Shown here: one piece after another, positions 39,387-49,445 of the stretch
Layout: every line of letters starts with the position of its first letter
How positions within the stretch are numbered: position 1 is the stretch's first letter
DNA from: Armatimonadota bacterium
GTDB lineage: Bacteria > Armatimonadota > Fimbriimonadia > Fimbriimonadales > GBS-DC
Assembly: GCA_037444405.1 (NCBI GenBank)
Contig: JBBIML010000015.1
Coordinates: forward strand, 39,550 to 103,549
Direction: 5' to 3'
Length of the DNA: 64,000 nucleotides
The notes under the pieces: model-generated
Database searches by the model: none
What the model was told of the DNA's origin: nothing
What the model saw: only the letters and a program-made list of their open reading frames with translations
Translations under genes and position numbers: made by a program

Positions 39387-42300
39387 TTATGCAGCGGTGC
39401 GGCGGATCATTTCGACGGTGAGTTCGAGGTTCTGGCGGGCGGGGTCATGGTGCGGGTCCAGGGCGAGCGCCTGCTGGAAGGCGATGCGGGCGGCGTCGTA
39501 CACGCCCATCCGGAAGTAGCAGTTGCCCAGCACGAACCAGCCCTGTGGGTTGTACGGGTCGCGCTCCAGCGCGGCGGAATAGGCGTCGGCGGCTTCCGCA
39601 TACGCGCCCAGCCGATACAGCACATCGCCCGCGTTAAAGAGCGCGTTCGCGTTCTGCGGCTCCAGCTCGATCGCGCGCGTGAGATGCTCCAGTCCCTCAA
39701 CATAGTTGCCCAGCTCGCACAGGGCACGCCCCCAGTTGATATGGACGCCTGCCGACAGCGGCTTGCCGTGCCGCTCCAGATAGGCGAACGACTCACAGAG
39801 CGCCTGACGGTTGCCCGTCTGCTCGGCGGCATGCACCCAGCGATGCCACCAGACCTCCACATCAGGCTGCAGTTCCGCCAGTCGCGCCAGGAAGGGCAGC
39901 GCCCGCGCGTACTGGCGCTGCTCCCACCACATATTGGCGGCGTCCTGCAGGGCGACCAGCGTGAGTTGCGGACTGCGACTGGCTTGCTCGTAGTGCTGGC
40001 TGGCGCGTTCGTATTGCCCCTTGCGGCGCAGCCATTCTGCATAAGCCAGATGCGCTTCGGCGTAGTCGGGTCGCTCGCTCAGCACGCGCTCCAGATGCGC
40101 TTCCGCCTCCTCCAGACGGTTCAGCAGCATCAGCGCCCGCGCCATCGTCAGGTGCCACTTGAAGGTCACGACGGTGGGGTCGCCCGTGTAGCCACTGGAG
40201 GCGAGCAGGGTCTCGCCATCCGCGCTCAACAACCCGATGCGCATTGCACACCGCCGCGCCTGCTTTAATGTTTCGATGGTCTCCTGCGCCGACCCGTTCA
40301 GCAGATACGACTGCGCCAGCGTGAAATAGATCAGCGGATGCTCCAGCCCCTGCTTCAGAGCCTGCTGTCCGACCCGAATCGCCTCATCGTAGCGCTTGAG
40401 CATCTGCAGGCTGGAAATCCACTGGCTCCAGGCGAGCGGCGCGTAATCTTCGGTGGGCAGAATCTGCTCGCATGCGCGCTGGAGCGCGTCGCACGCGCCC
40501 TGATAGTCGCCCTGATTGTAGAGCGTGTTGCCCAGATTGAACCACTGGAAGGCGTCCTGCGGGTTTTCATGCAGGGTCTGGCGTAAAAGTTGTACATTGC
40601 GCTGGCTTTTGCCGCGCCGTCGCATCACCTCCGCTTCGTAGCCCCAGTGGATAATCTGGGCGTTGCGCAGGGTGGCGGGCTTGCCACCCGCAGCTAACAG
40701 GCTGGGCAGAATCTGCTCGTGGATGCGTCCTTCCCAGCGTGCGCATGGCAACCGCCGGAACATGCGAACGGCGCGGTGAATGAATGCGTCATTCGGGTTC
40801 TCCCGATTGAGAATGTTGACAACCTCGATATAGTAGGCGACGAACTGGGGGTGGCGGGCGCCCTCGCGAATGATGGAACGGCTGCGCGGATGGAGGCGTT
40901 CATCGGCGTCCAGCACCAGTATCCAGTCGCCTGTGGCATGCTCCAGCGCGAGGTTGCGCGGGCGTGAGAAGTCGTCGTCCCACTCGCAGGTCAGCACCTT
41001 CGCGCCATACCGGCGCGCGATTTCAGGCGTCTCATCGGTGGAGCCAGTGTCCACCAGAATAATCTCATCCACGATGCCCTGCACGCTTTCGAGGCATTCG
41101 GGCAGAAACTCAGCTTCGTCGCGGGCGACGATGCAGAGCGTGATGCGCGTGCCGAGCGGCTCGTCGGGGATGGGCACGCCATAGCGTGTGAGCCACTCTT
41201 CTAACGCGCGGGCGCGTTGCGCCTGACGGGGCTGACGCCCGGCGTTGCACACAAAGTAGTTTCTCAGCGGCAGCACCACCTCGCGCAGCCAGTGCGGTTC
41301 CGCGTAGCCTGCTCGCAGCAGCTTCATCACCAGCGGATACGCCTGTTGCTCGCGCTCGCTATAGAGCATTAGCCATGCTTTCTGTGCCAGCAGATTGAGC
41401 GCGTCGGGCAGCAGCTCCAGCGCTTTATTGAGCAGGGTTTCGGCTTCATCCCAGCGGTTCTGCTGGAGAAGCGCCTGAACCGCCGCCTCGTACAGGTAGG
41501 GGTTCAGCGGCTCGGCATCGATGGCGTGGGCGAACAGTTGCAGCGCGGTCTCGCTCTCTTCGTTTTCCAGCAGGCTCAGCCCGATGTGATAATAGGTGGC
41601 GGTGGTTTGTGCCTCCTGCGCCAGCTCCTGCAGGCATCGGGCGGCAACCGGTGCAATCTGGCTCCAGCTGAACTGGTTGACAATCTGCTCGTGGGCGAGC
41701 TGCGCTTTCTGCCGGGCAGCCTGCGGGCTGGAAACGACCGCCTGCATCGTGGCAATCAGCGCGTCGGCGTCGGGTTCCGCCCAGAACGGCGTGCCAATCA
41801 GCTCATAGCCTTGCACGCCTTCCAGCGGGCGCACTTCGGCGGGCAGCAGATAGGCGTTTTGCTCGGTGCAGAAGTCGAGGCACGCGCCGAACCCGGTGGT
41901 GATGACGGGGATTCCGCACGCCATCGCCTCGGCAATTGGCAAACCGAAGCCCTCCGCCCGATAGGGATGCACCAGGCAGTCGGCGGCGCGATAGAGACCC
42001 GCCATCGCCGATTCGGGCAGCGTGTCGGGAATGTAGAGCAGCGGGGGCGCGTCAGGGTCGCATGCCCACTCCAGCAGTTGCGCCTGATAGTTCTGGCGAC
42101 TGTACACATCCTGTGCCCCGAAATCCTTGACAATCAGCAGCACATCATCTTTACGGCTGAAGGCGGCACGATAGGCGTTCAGCAGAATATCGACACCCTT
42201 ACGCCGAATCGTGCCGCCCACAAATAGAAACTTATAACGGCGCGGGATGCTCTCGCGGGGCACATTGGTCTGACCGATGGCGTTCAGATCGAGCGGAGGC

Positions 42301-42776
42301 ACATTGGGATGGAACTGGTTGGGATTGACCCCGTTCGGCACGAGGCGCAGTTGCGTTTCGGGCACGCCTGCCTGCAGGAAGGTTTCGTACACGAATCGAG
42401 AGGGCGTCCAGAGCTGGGCGCAGCGGGCACGAATCTGCTCCACCCAATCGCGCGGCGCGGCGCCGAACTCCCACGGCTGAATCATCGCCAGCGGTACGGG
42501 CGAGAGGCTCCAGTCAGGCGGGAACTGGTGGCGCACCCACACCTGCCAGCCGTTTGGGGGCGGTGGGTTCTCGCCCAGCAGCAGGTAGCGACGCAGCGGA
42601 TGCCCGGCGGCGTTCTCAATCGAATCGCCCGATTCGCGAGCTATTAGGTGAACCTGCCAGGCAGGGTCCAGCGTCAGCAGCGCCTGGACCAGCTCGCGAT
42701 TGACCCGTGCGAGGCTATGCGCCGAGAAGATGCCGCCCTGCCAGAGCGTCGGCGGAAGAATCGGCGGACGAGCCAT
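39387..42776 (-). CDS. Multidomain glycosyltransferase (GT4-like + TPR + GT2 + TPRs)
   Basis: PWEFG, FVGG...RKG.D and EGFGLP..EAMACG (GT-B fold); LCI.ARDE, DTGSTD, W.DDFS..RN and LDADE (GT-A fold); several TPRs. ATG 42776 follows AAAGGAGG. Confidence 0.9.
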   Translation of the reverse strand: MARPPILPPTLWQGGIFSAHSLARVNRELVQALLTLDPAWQVHLIARESGDSIENAAGHPLRRYLLLGENPPPPNGWQVWVRHQFPPDWSLSPVPLAMIQPWEFGAAPRDWVEQIRARCAQLWTPSRFVYETFLQAGVPETQLRLVPNGVNPNQFHPNVPPLDLNAIGQTNVPRESIPRRYKFLFVGGTIRRKGVDILLNAYRAAFSRKDDVLLIVKDFGAQDVYSRQNYQAQLLEWACDPDAPPLLYIPDTLPESAMAGLYRAADCLVHPYRAEGFGLPIAEAMACGIPVITTGFGACLDFCTEQNAYLLPAEVRPLEGVQGYELIGTPFWAEPDADALIATMQAVVSSPQAARQKAQLAHEQIVNQFSWSQIAPVAARCLQELAQEAQTTATYYHIGLSLLENEESETALQLFAHAIDAEPLNPYLYEAAVQALLQQNRWDEAETLLNKALELLPDALNLLAQKAWLMLYSEREQQAYPLVMKLLRAGYAEPHWLREVVLPLRNYFVCNAGRQPRQAQRARALEEWLTRYGVPIPDEPLGTRITLCIVARDEAEFLPECLESVQGIVDEIILVDTGSTDETPEIARRYGAKVLTCEWDDDFSRPRNLALEHATGDWILVLDADERLHPRSRSIIREGARHPQFVAYYIEVVNILNRENPNDAFIHRAVRMFRRLPCARWEGRIHEQILPSLLAAGGKPATLRNAQIIHWGYEAEVMRRRGKSQRNVQLLRQTLHENPQDAFQWFNLGNTLYNQGDYQGACDALQRACEQILPTEDYAPLAWSQWISSLQMLKRYDEAIRVGQQALKQGLEHPLIYFTLAQSYLLNGSAQETIETLKQARRCAMRIGLLSADGETLLASSGYTGDPTVVTFKWHLTMARALMLLNRLEEAEAHLERVLSERPDYAEAHLAYAEWLRRKGQYERASQHYEQASRSPQLTLVALQDAANMWWEQRQYARALPFLARLAELQPDVEVWWHRWVHAAEQTGNRQALCESFAYLERHGKPLSAGVHINWGRALCELGNYVEGLEHLTRAIELEPQNANALFNAGDVLYRLGAYAEAADAYSAALERDPYNPQGWFVLGNCYFRMGVYDAARIAFQQALALDPHHDPARQNLELTVEMIRRTAA

Positions 42777-42810
42777 CTGGAACCCTCCTTTGCCGCTGGC
42801 AGTATCGGGC

Positions 42811-43161
42811 TTAGCGACGACTGGGCGTGCGCCGTTTTGCGCGGGCGCGGTTGGGCGAAGTGCCATTGTTGCCCTGAGTGGGCTGCGGCGTGCCAAACCG
42901 CTCGCGCAGCTTGCGCTTCGCGCCTGCTATGGTGTACATCTCCTCCTTGAGCAGGCGCTTGATCTCGCGGATGACCTCGATATCTTCGGGGCGATAGCGC
43001 CGCTGACCGCCCGGAGAGCGAATCGGGCGCAGGAACTCGGAGAACTCGCGCTCCCAGTAGCGCAGTGTGTGGCTCTCCACACCTGTCAGATGGCTCGCGA
43101 CACTGATAGAGACCGGTCGCTGTTCGATCGGTAGCTTCTGTTTCTTGCTTCGCCTCGGCAT
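42811..43161 (-). CDS. MerR-family HTH regulator
   Basis: SI......GV..HTLRYWE.EF...P.RS.GGQRRY motif. Confidence 0.9.
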   Translation of the reverse strand: MPRRSKKQKLPIEQRPVSISVASHLTGVESHTLRYWEREFSEFLRPIRSPGGQRRYRPEDIEVIREIKRLLKEEMYTIAGAKRKLRERFGTPQPTQGNNGTSPNRARAKRRTPSRR

Positions 43162-43305
43162 AATCAACCTCCGTCGCAGTGGATTTATCGAGAGCGCTTC
43201 ACAGCTATCGCTGGAAGGCTCGAAGCGGATTATCGGAACCTTTGACGCTTTTCTTTACACGGTGTTCATGGACGGACGCATGGGGTATGCTCCTCTATCG
43301 GTGCG

Positions 43306-44073
43306 ATGAGCGATTTGCTGACGAAAGCCGACCTGGATTACTTCAAACGCGGCGAATGGGAGAACCCGCGCTTCTGGAGCCGTCTGGGCGGGCAGCCCGA
43401 CCTGCGCGGCAAGAAGGTGCTGGACCTCGGCTGCGGGCACGGCAGCCTTTGCGTCGATATGGCGAAAGCGGGCGCTGCGCGGGTGGTGGGCGTCGATCTC
43501 AACCCACGCCTGATCGAATTCGCTCAGCAAAACCTTCAGCTCAACTACCCCGAACTTGTCGGGCGTGTCGAGTTTTATTGCATCGACATCACCGAGCTGG
43601 ACGAGAGCGGATTCGATTTAATGACCTCTAAAGATACCTTTGAGCATGTGATGGAGCTGGAGAGCGTGCTGCACGAGATGTACAAGCGGCTCAAGCCGGG
43701 CGGCTTGCTCTATGCGGCGATTGGTCCGCTCTGGAACAGCCCCTTTGGCGACCATGACCACCTGAAGCGCGTGTTTGGGGTGAACCTGCCATGGGCGCAC
43801 CTGATCGTGCCGCAGCGGGTGGCGATGCGCTGGCTCAGTCGCAGGCTCCAGCGCGAGGTGCGCTCCTACCGCGATCTGGGCATGAATATGCTCGCGTTTG
43901 CTGACTATCAGCGCATTATCGAGCAGTCAGGCTTCGAGGTGCTGTTTTTCAAGCCGAACAACAGTCGCCATCCGGTGCTGCGTCTGTTCGCGCTGATTGC
44001 CCGCATCCCGTTCCTGACCGAATATTTCACGAACAATCTCTATTGCATCCTGCGCCGCCCGCTTGAGGGTTAG
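43306..44073 (+). CDS. Class I SAM-dependent methyltransferase
   Basis: VLDLGCG.G, GVD, FD......FEHV and LKPGG motifs. Confidence 0.9.
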   Translation: MSDLLTKADLDYFKRGEWENPRFWSRLGGQPDLRGKKVLDLGCGHGSLCVDMAKAGAARVVGVDLNPRLIEFAQQNLQLNYPELVGRVEFYCIDITELDESGFDLMTSKDTFEHVMELESVLHEMYKRLKPGGLLYAAIGPLWNSPFGDHDHLKRVFGVNLPWAHLIVPQRVAMRWLSRRLQREVRSYRDLGMNMLAFADYQRIIEQSGFEVLFFKPNNSRHPVLRLFALIARIPFLTEYFTNNLYCILRRPLEG

Positions 44074-45815
44074 CGCTGCTGCCCCTGCTGGGCTTCCTGC
44101 TGTTTTTGCTGGGCTGGCTGTTGTTTCTGCTGGGTCTCCTGTTGCTTTTGCTGAGCTTGCTGTTGTTTCTGCTGGGCTTCCTGCTGCTTGCGGAACGCCT
44201 CCATCTGGCGGCGGATGGCTTCCTCCTGCGCTTTGCGCATCTCGTCGAACTGCTTCTTGCGCTCGCCCGCCAGCTGGTTCGTTTGCTGGGCGAGGTCGAT
44301 GCGCCCCGCCTTCTTATAGATATCGGCGATGCGATAGAGCGTATCGAAGGCGTCAGGTCGCCAAGCGAGCCGTTGTGCAATCTCCAGATCGTCAATTGCC
44401 TGCGCCTTCTGACCCAGCTCGATCAGCAGTTCCGCCCGCATCATACGCAGGGAGACATCTTCACCGCCATCAGAGAAGAAGCCGTTCAGTGCAGTCAGCA
44501 GGCGCTCGGTGTAGAGTTTGGCTTTCTGTTCGTCCGTTTTCTTCGCCAGCCCACGCAGGCTCGCCAGCACCTGGATGTGGAGCCACTGTGCCATGCGGGT
44601 GGTCGGCGTCGCGCTGGCGACCAGCGGGATGAGCGCTTTGTCGATCTGTTCCAGCTCTTTCAGCTGTTCATCGGGACGCTTGACCCGTACACCCAGCCAT
44701 TTCTCGTATTGCTGAAGGAGCGGGTCTTTGATCTGGGGTTTGAACGCCTGCATCGCCTGCGTGTAGGCGCGTCCCCGCTCCATCTGCACACGCCCGGCGA
44801 TGAACTGATCCCGATACTTCGCCTTCTCTTTCTCGAAGTCGGCGGGCAGTTCCAGCTGGCGTTTCGTGAGGGTGAAGATATAGTAGCCGCGGTTCTCTTT
44901 ATCGCGCAGGGGTGGGGTGAAGGCGCCGGGCTTGAGCGCCAGCACGCCGCTCACATCTTCAGGACGCAGGATCGTGTTCAGCTGGTCCTGAATGCTGTAG
45001 TAGTCGCTGCCAGGGATGGAGCCGCCGCGCTCAATGATGAAGCTCGGATCGTCGGAATAGAGTCGAACGACCTCTGCGAACGGCTTGCCCGCCTTAAGTT
45101 GATTATAAGCCTCCTGGGCGCGCGCCTGTGCTTTCTCCTTGTGCTTCTCCTGCGAGACGAAGATGCGCGACAGAAAGATGTTCTCGAACATCAGGCGCAG
45201 CTGCTCGTCGGTCGGGTTATACTTCTCGCGCAGGCTCTTTGTGTATTTAGCCTGAGTCGCCTCGATGCGGAACATGATTTCGGGCACGCGGGCGAGCGTC
45301 TCTTCTTCGAAGCGCTTAAGCGAGGAGCCACGCTCCTTGAGGGCGCGGTCCAGGTCGCGGTCGGAGCCTTTGCCGTTGGGCAGCAGTTGCGAGCGCAGAA
45401 TATCCCGTTGCTCTTTGAGAAACTGCTGTTTGGTGGCTTCCACCTCGTCGTCGGAGGCACGAAAGCCCAGCTTCTCCAGGTGCGCCACGAACGCGAGCTG
45501 ATTGCCCAGCAAAGTGAGCATGCTATAGCGCTGGTTGAGCTGGGCAGCAATCGTGTCAGGTTCCCGACCCTGCTGTATAAATTGAATATATTGCTCCAGC
45601 TCGCCTTCGGTGACTTTGTAGTCGCCCACCTGCAGCACCACCTGACCACCCGTGGCTGTTCCGCCCCGCTGGGCGCCGCTCAACCCCATCGGGGGAATGT
45701 AGGCGAAGAAGACCACCATACTGAGCGCGACCAGCCCGGCAACCGCGAAGCCAATTGCACGCAGCGCTTTGTTTCTCAACAGGTTCCGAAAGGTTCGTAT
45801 CGAGATTCCCGACAT
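44070..45815 (-). CDS. SurA/PpiD-like peptidylprolyl isomerase with Q-rich tail
   Basis: N-terminal TM anchor; parvulin-like A...L.AG..F.EV...YSDD......GG motif; TPR-like and Q-rich C-terminus. Confidence 0.7.
   Translation of the reverse strand: MSGISIRTFRNLLRNKALRAIGFAVAGLVALSMVVFFAYIPPMGLSGAQRGGTATGGQVVLQVGDYKVTEGELEQYIQFIQQGREPDTIAAQLNQRYSMLTLLGNQLAFVAHLEKLGFRASDDEVEATKQQFLKEQRDILRSQLLPNGKGSDRDLDRALKERGSSLKRFEEETLARVPEIMFRIEATQAKYTKSLREKYNPTDEQLRLMFENIFLSRIFVSQEKHKEKAQARAQEAYNQLKAGKPFAEVVRLYSDDPSFIIERGGSIPGSDYYSIQDQLNTILRPEDVSGVLALKPGAFTPPLRDKENRGYYIFTLTKRQLELPADFEKEKAKYRDQFIAGRVQMERGRAYTQAMQAFKPQIKDPLLQQYEKWLGVRVKRPDEQLKELEQIDKALIPLVASATPTTRMAQWLHIQVLASLRGLAKKTDEQKAKLYTERLLTALNGFFSDGGEDVSLRMMRAELLIELGQKAQAIDDLEIAQRLAWRPDAFDTLYRIADIYKKAGRIDLAQQTNQLAGERKKQFDEMRKAQEEAIRRQMEAFRKQQEAQQKQQQAQQKQQETQQKQQPAQQKQQEAQQGQQR
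44073..44190 (-). repeat. In-frame 21-nt tandem repeat encoding (A/T)QQKQQ(Q/E/P)
   Basis: EAQQKQQQAQQKQQETQQKQQPAQQKQQEAQQGQQR at the protein C-terminus. Confidence 0.75.
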
Positions 45816-45825
45816 AGCAACCTCC

Positions 45826-46662
45826 TTAGCGTATTATTTCTTCTTGAAGCGTTTGCAGGCAGCGGCGGGCGACCTCTGCCTGGCTCCAGCCCTCGATGCG
45901 GGCATGGGTTTCCAGCGCGATAAAGCCGTTGTAGCCGCTCCGGGCGATTTGCTGCAAGTGCTGCTGATAGCCGATTTCGCCCTCGCCTATCGGCACCCAG
46001 CGTATGCTACCATCCGGCTCGCGTATGCCGTCTTTCACATGGATATGCGCCACCCATGGCTGGATGGCAGCATAGCCGTCGGCTGCCGATTCGCCCAGAA
46101 CGAAGGCGTTGCCGGGGTCCCACACCGCTTTGAGCCAGTTCGACGGGAGCTTCTGCAAGATACGCGCCAGTTCGGTGCCGGTGCCGACCTGGCAGCTATG
46201 CTCGTTCTCCAGTCCCAGCACGACGCCCGCGCGTTCAGCCAGCGGCAGCGCCCGCTCCAGCACCGCGACGATGCGCGCTTCGCGTTCAGGCGTCAACTCG
46301 CCCGCCCGCCAGAAGGCGAAGATGCGCACCAGCGGCGCCTCGAAACGATTCGCAATCTGCAGGCAGCGCTCCAGCAACCTGAAATGCTCTTCAAGGGGCA
46401 AATCGGACGCGCCGTGCAAAGCACCACGCTCCCCTGTGCCAAACAGGTCAGTCTTGAACACGGGTGAGGCGATGGAGCAGACGCCCAGCCCTGCCTGGCA
46501 CAGCAGTCGCGCAGCCCGTTCCAGCGTTGCACCGTCCGCCTGAGCGATGTTGACGCCCCAGAGCGTGCGCAGCTCCACCCGCTCGATCGGGAACGCCTGA
46601 ACCACCTCCAGCGCACGCTCCAGGTCGGTATCGATTTCGTCGGTGATGACCGAAAGTTTCAT
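45826..46662 (-). CDS. Sugar phosphate isomerase/epimerase (xylose-isomerase-like TIM barrel)
   Basis: ITDEI, VELR, LENE, WDPGN, HIHVKD, G.G and LETH motifs. Confidence 0.9.
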   Translation of the reverse strand: MKLSVITDEIDTDLERALEVVQAFPIERVELRTLWGVNIAQADGATLERAARLLCQAGLGVCSIASPVFKTDLFGTGERGALHGASDLPLEEHFRLLERCLQIANRFEAPLVRIFAFWRAGELTPEREARIVAVLERALPLAERAGVVLGLENEHSCQVGTGTELARILQKLPSNWLKAVWDPGNAFVLGESAADGYAAIQPWVAHIHVKDGIREPDGSIRWVPIGEGEIGYQQHLQQIARSGYNGFIALETHARIEGWSQAEVARRCLQTLQEEIIR

Positions 46663-47252
46663 CGTTCAGGATTTTGCTGAATAGTGTGCGCGATGATAAT
46701 CGCTTCGGCGATTTCGCGCATGCTTTTGCGTGTGTTCATGCTCTGCACCTGGATGCGCCGATAGGCTTCCTGCTCGCGCAGCCCGTAAGTGTCCATCAGG
46801 ATGCCTTTGGCGCGTTCGATCAGTTTGCGGGTTTCGAGCGTCTCTTTGAGGTCCTGCACCTGATGCTCCAGTTCGAGTGTGTCGCGGTAGCGGGAGAGGG
46901 CGATTTCGATAGCGGGCGTGAGGTCTGCCTGTTTGAAGGGCTTGACGAGGTAGCCGTAGACGCCTGCCTGCTTCGCCCGCTGAATGAGGTCGCTATCGCT
47001 GTAGGCGGTCAGCAGCAGTACGGGCGCGAGCTTCTCCTCGTGCAGGATGCGCGCCGCCTCGATGCCGTCCATCTCCGGCATCTTGATATCAAGAATCGCC
47101 AGATCAGGCTTGAACTTGCGCACCATCTCCACGGACTGCGTGCCCGTGCTGGCTTCGGCAACGACCGAGTAGCCCAGCTCTTCCAGCATCTGGCGCAGGT
47201 CGAGCAGGATAATCGGCTCGTCGTCCGCAATCACAATCCGCAATCTCCGCAT
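46659..47252 (-). CDS. ANTAR-domain response regulator
   Basis: REC domain (IADDE, LDIKMP..DG, LTA, KP) plus LETRK.IERAKG.LM......E.EAY..I...SM ANTAR domain. Confidence 0.93.
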   Translation of the reverse strand: MRRLRIVIADDEPIILLDLRQMLEELGYSVVAEASTGTQSVEMVRKFKPDLAILDIKMPEMDGIEAARILHEEKLAPVLLLTAYSDSDLIQRAKQAGVYGYLVKPFKQADLTPAIEIALSRYRDTLELEHQVQDLKETLETRKLIERAKGILMDTYGLREQEAYRRIQVQSMNTRKSMREIAEAIIIAHTIQQNPER

Positions 47253-47455
47253 CCACATCATCTCCCACGAAAAGTATACCCCATCCCACCAGGGTGGGCT
47301 ACAATCTGGCTCGCCTTCCAGATAATGAGCATCCCTCTTATGTGGCGCTCGCGGTACACTTCGTCGATGCGATAGAGGGTGATTTTCGTATGCAAGTCGA
47401 GCCATCGCAGGGTGAGGCGCAGGGGGATCGCTTCCCACAATCCCCCTGCCGTTGG

Positions 47456-48400
47456 TCAGTTGGGTCTGATCTCGCTCGATTGGGTCCTGGTTTCGCCAGT
47501 TGCATTTGCTTTCTGGCGGGTGGCGTTCAGGGTGAGAGTCAGCTGGCTGCTCTCACGCTCGTAGTCTTTGACCTCCGAGCCATCCTTCTTGATGGGTTCG
47601 CTGGTCTGATTGAGCGAGGCGTTGAGCGTCATCTTTTGCAGAACGCCATCGTCGGGGTGGAGCCAGGCTGTGCCTGTGCCTTTGACCTCGCCGCGCGTGA
47701 TTCGCACCGCCTGCTCCTTATCGCTCACAGTCTGGTAAAAGGCGTCCTGATAGAGTTCGATGGGCTGGTCGAAGCTTTCAGTGATTTTGAGCAATTTGAC
47801 GCCATCCACTTCCTCGAACCCCTCAAAGCGGGCGGTGATGGGGATGCGCAGGGCGTTATTACCCTCCCCAAAAGTACGGGTGAACTGCCATGTGGCGCCA
47901 GTGGTGAGCGCGCCGTCGGGCAGTTCGATGGGGAACAGCAGGGTTGCCAGATTACGCGGGTCAAAGCCTGGCAGGGGCGCGCCCATCAGCCCACCGCCCT
48001 GCAGACCGCTCAGCTTACCGTGTGGCGATACAGTGGCGGTGCTGTCGGGAATGAGGCTCTTTGCCATTTCGAGACTCACGGGGAAGGGCGAGCCGTTGAA
48101 CTCCGCGCTGAAAGCATCCAGCGAGGTCAGTATTGTCGCCTGCTGGTCTTCCACTCTGGTAACTTTCATGGAGATACCAAGCGTCATTTTGGCGATGCCG
48201 GCGGCACCCGCAGCGCCAGGAATCGGCAGACTGCCGTTCAGCTCCACGAGAACCTGATAGCGCTCCTGCAAGTCGGGGCGGAATTTGTACTGGAAACTGG
48301 TCGCTGAACTGGATGGCGCGGTCGCTGGGGCTTGTTGCGCCAGACAGCCAGTTGCTAATAGCCAGCCGAATAGTATCGTGCCAATCACTCGTGTCTTCAT
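47456..48400 (-). CDS. Hypothetical secreted protein/lipoprotein
   Basis: GGAGG RBS, signal peptide (LATGCLA), beta-rich body. Confidence 0.7.
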   Translation of the reverse strand: MKTRVIGTILFGWLLATGCLAQQAPATAPSSSATSFQYKFRPDLQERYQVLVELNGSLPIPGAAGAAGIAKMTLGISMKVTRVEDQQATILTSLDAFSAEFNGSPFPVSLEMAKSLIPDSTATVSPHGKLSGLQGGGLMGAPLPGFDPRNLATLLFPIELPDGALTTGATWQFTRTFGEGNNALRIPITARFEGFEEVDGVKLLKITESFDQPIELYQDAFYQTVSDKEQAVRITRGEVKGTGTAWLHPDDGVLQKMTLNASLNQTSEPIKKDGSEVKDYERESSQLTLTLNATRQKANATGETRTQSSEIRPN

Positions 48401-48430
48401 CGCCTTTCCCTCCTGTTGCACCGCCAGAGA

Positions 48431-49426
48431 TTATACCTGCGGGGTGTGCAGGTCTTCGATTCGAATAACGGTGGCTAACTGGGGCGGTTCGGTGGCGGTC
48501 TGGAGAGGGGTGCCCGGTGCGATATAGGTGTTGCGCACGAAGCCCCAGCCCAGAATGGCGTTCCCCAGCGCGGGCGAGCGCACAGCGCCTGTGAGCCAGC
48601 CTGCGTCGGGTCGGTCCGGCGCAGTGAGCGAGGTGCCGCGCGGCGGGATTGCCTCGCCCTCGAGGCGCAACGGCACCCATGTGCGGTTGGTGTGCCCCCG
48701 CGCCTTAATGCGCATCAGCACCTCCTGACCTGTGTAGCAGCCTTTGGTGTAAGAAATGTATTTCGCCTCAAACGCCGCGCCCATCTCGGCAGCGAGGGTG
48801 CGTTCGTCCATATCGACGCCATAGAGCGGGATGCCTGCCTCGTAGCGCAGCACCTCATAGAGTTCGGGCGAGATGGGTAATGCGCCTGTTGCGACGAGGG
48901 CGGTCTTCAGCTCCTCGTGCGCTTCGAAGGGCAGCCACAGGTCATAGCCGCCCCAGCGGGTGCGTTGACAGCGCACAATGCGCACTTCGACCGATTGCCA
49001 GAGCCGATTCTGGTGGCGCAGTTCGCCTTCGGGCGGCGGCTCCAGCCCCAGCTCCTCCAGCACCTCTGACGCCTGCCCGCCTTGAAGGCTAATCACACCC
49101 AGCCCCTCCTGCAACGGGATCAGCTCCACATCATCCAGAATAATCAGCCCGCTGAGCCGTTCCAGCATTGAGCCGAAGGTGAGGGGTGGAAGCATCAGCA
49201 GGTAGCCCTCACCGTCGTCCAGCACATAGGCATCGGAGAGCAGGTGTCCTGTGGGCGTGCAGAAGGCGGTGTAGGTGCCCGTGCCTTTCTGGAGCGGGCG
49301 CAGGTCGTTGGTCGTCTGCGCCTGCAGGAACCGCTGACGGTCGCTGCCCACCACCTGCACCAGCCCCCAATCGCTCAGGTCGAGCCAGCCCGCATAGTCC
49401 CGCACCTGCTCGTAGGTGGCGTTCAT
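48431..49426 (-). CDS. YgfZ/GcvT-family folate-binding protein
   Basis: G.D...FLQ...TND, R.EAG.P.YG.D and KGCY.GQE motifs. Confidence 0.9.
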   Translation of the reverse strand: MNATYEQVRDYAGWLDLSDWGLVQVVGSDRQRFLQAQTTNDLRPLQKGTGTYTAFCTPTGHLLSDAYVLDDGEGYLLMLPPLTFGSMLERLSGLIILDDVELIPLQEGLGVISLQGGQASEVLEELGLEPPPEGELRHQNRLWQSVEVRIVRCQRTRWGGYDLWLPFEAHEELKTALVATGALPISPELYEVLRYEAGIPLYGVDMDERTLAAEMGAAFEAKYISYTKGCYTGQEVLMRIKARGHTNRTWVPLRLEGEAIPPRGTSLTAPDRPDAGWLTGAVRSPALGNAILGWGFVRNTYIAPGTPLQTATEPPQLATVIRIEDLHTPQV

Positions 49427-49445
49427 CCGGACAGTTGTACCCGAT

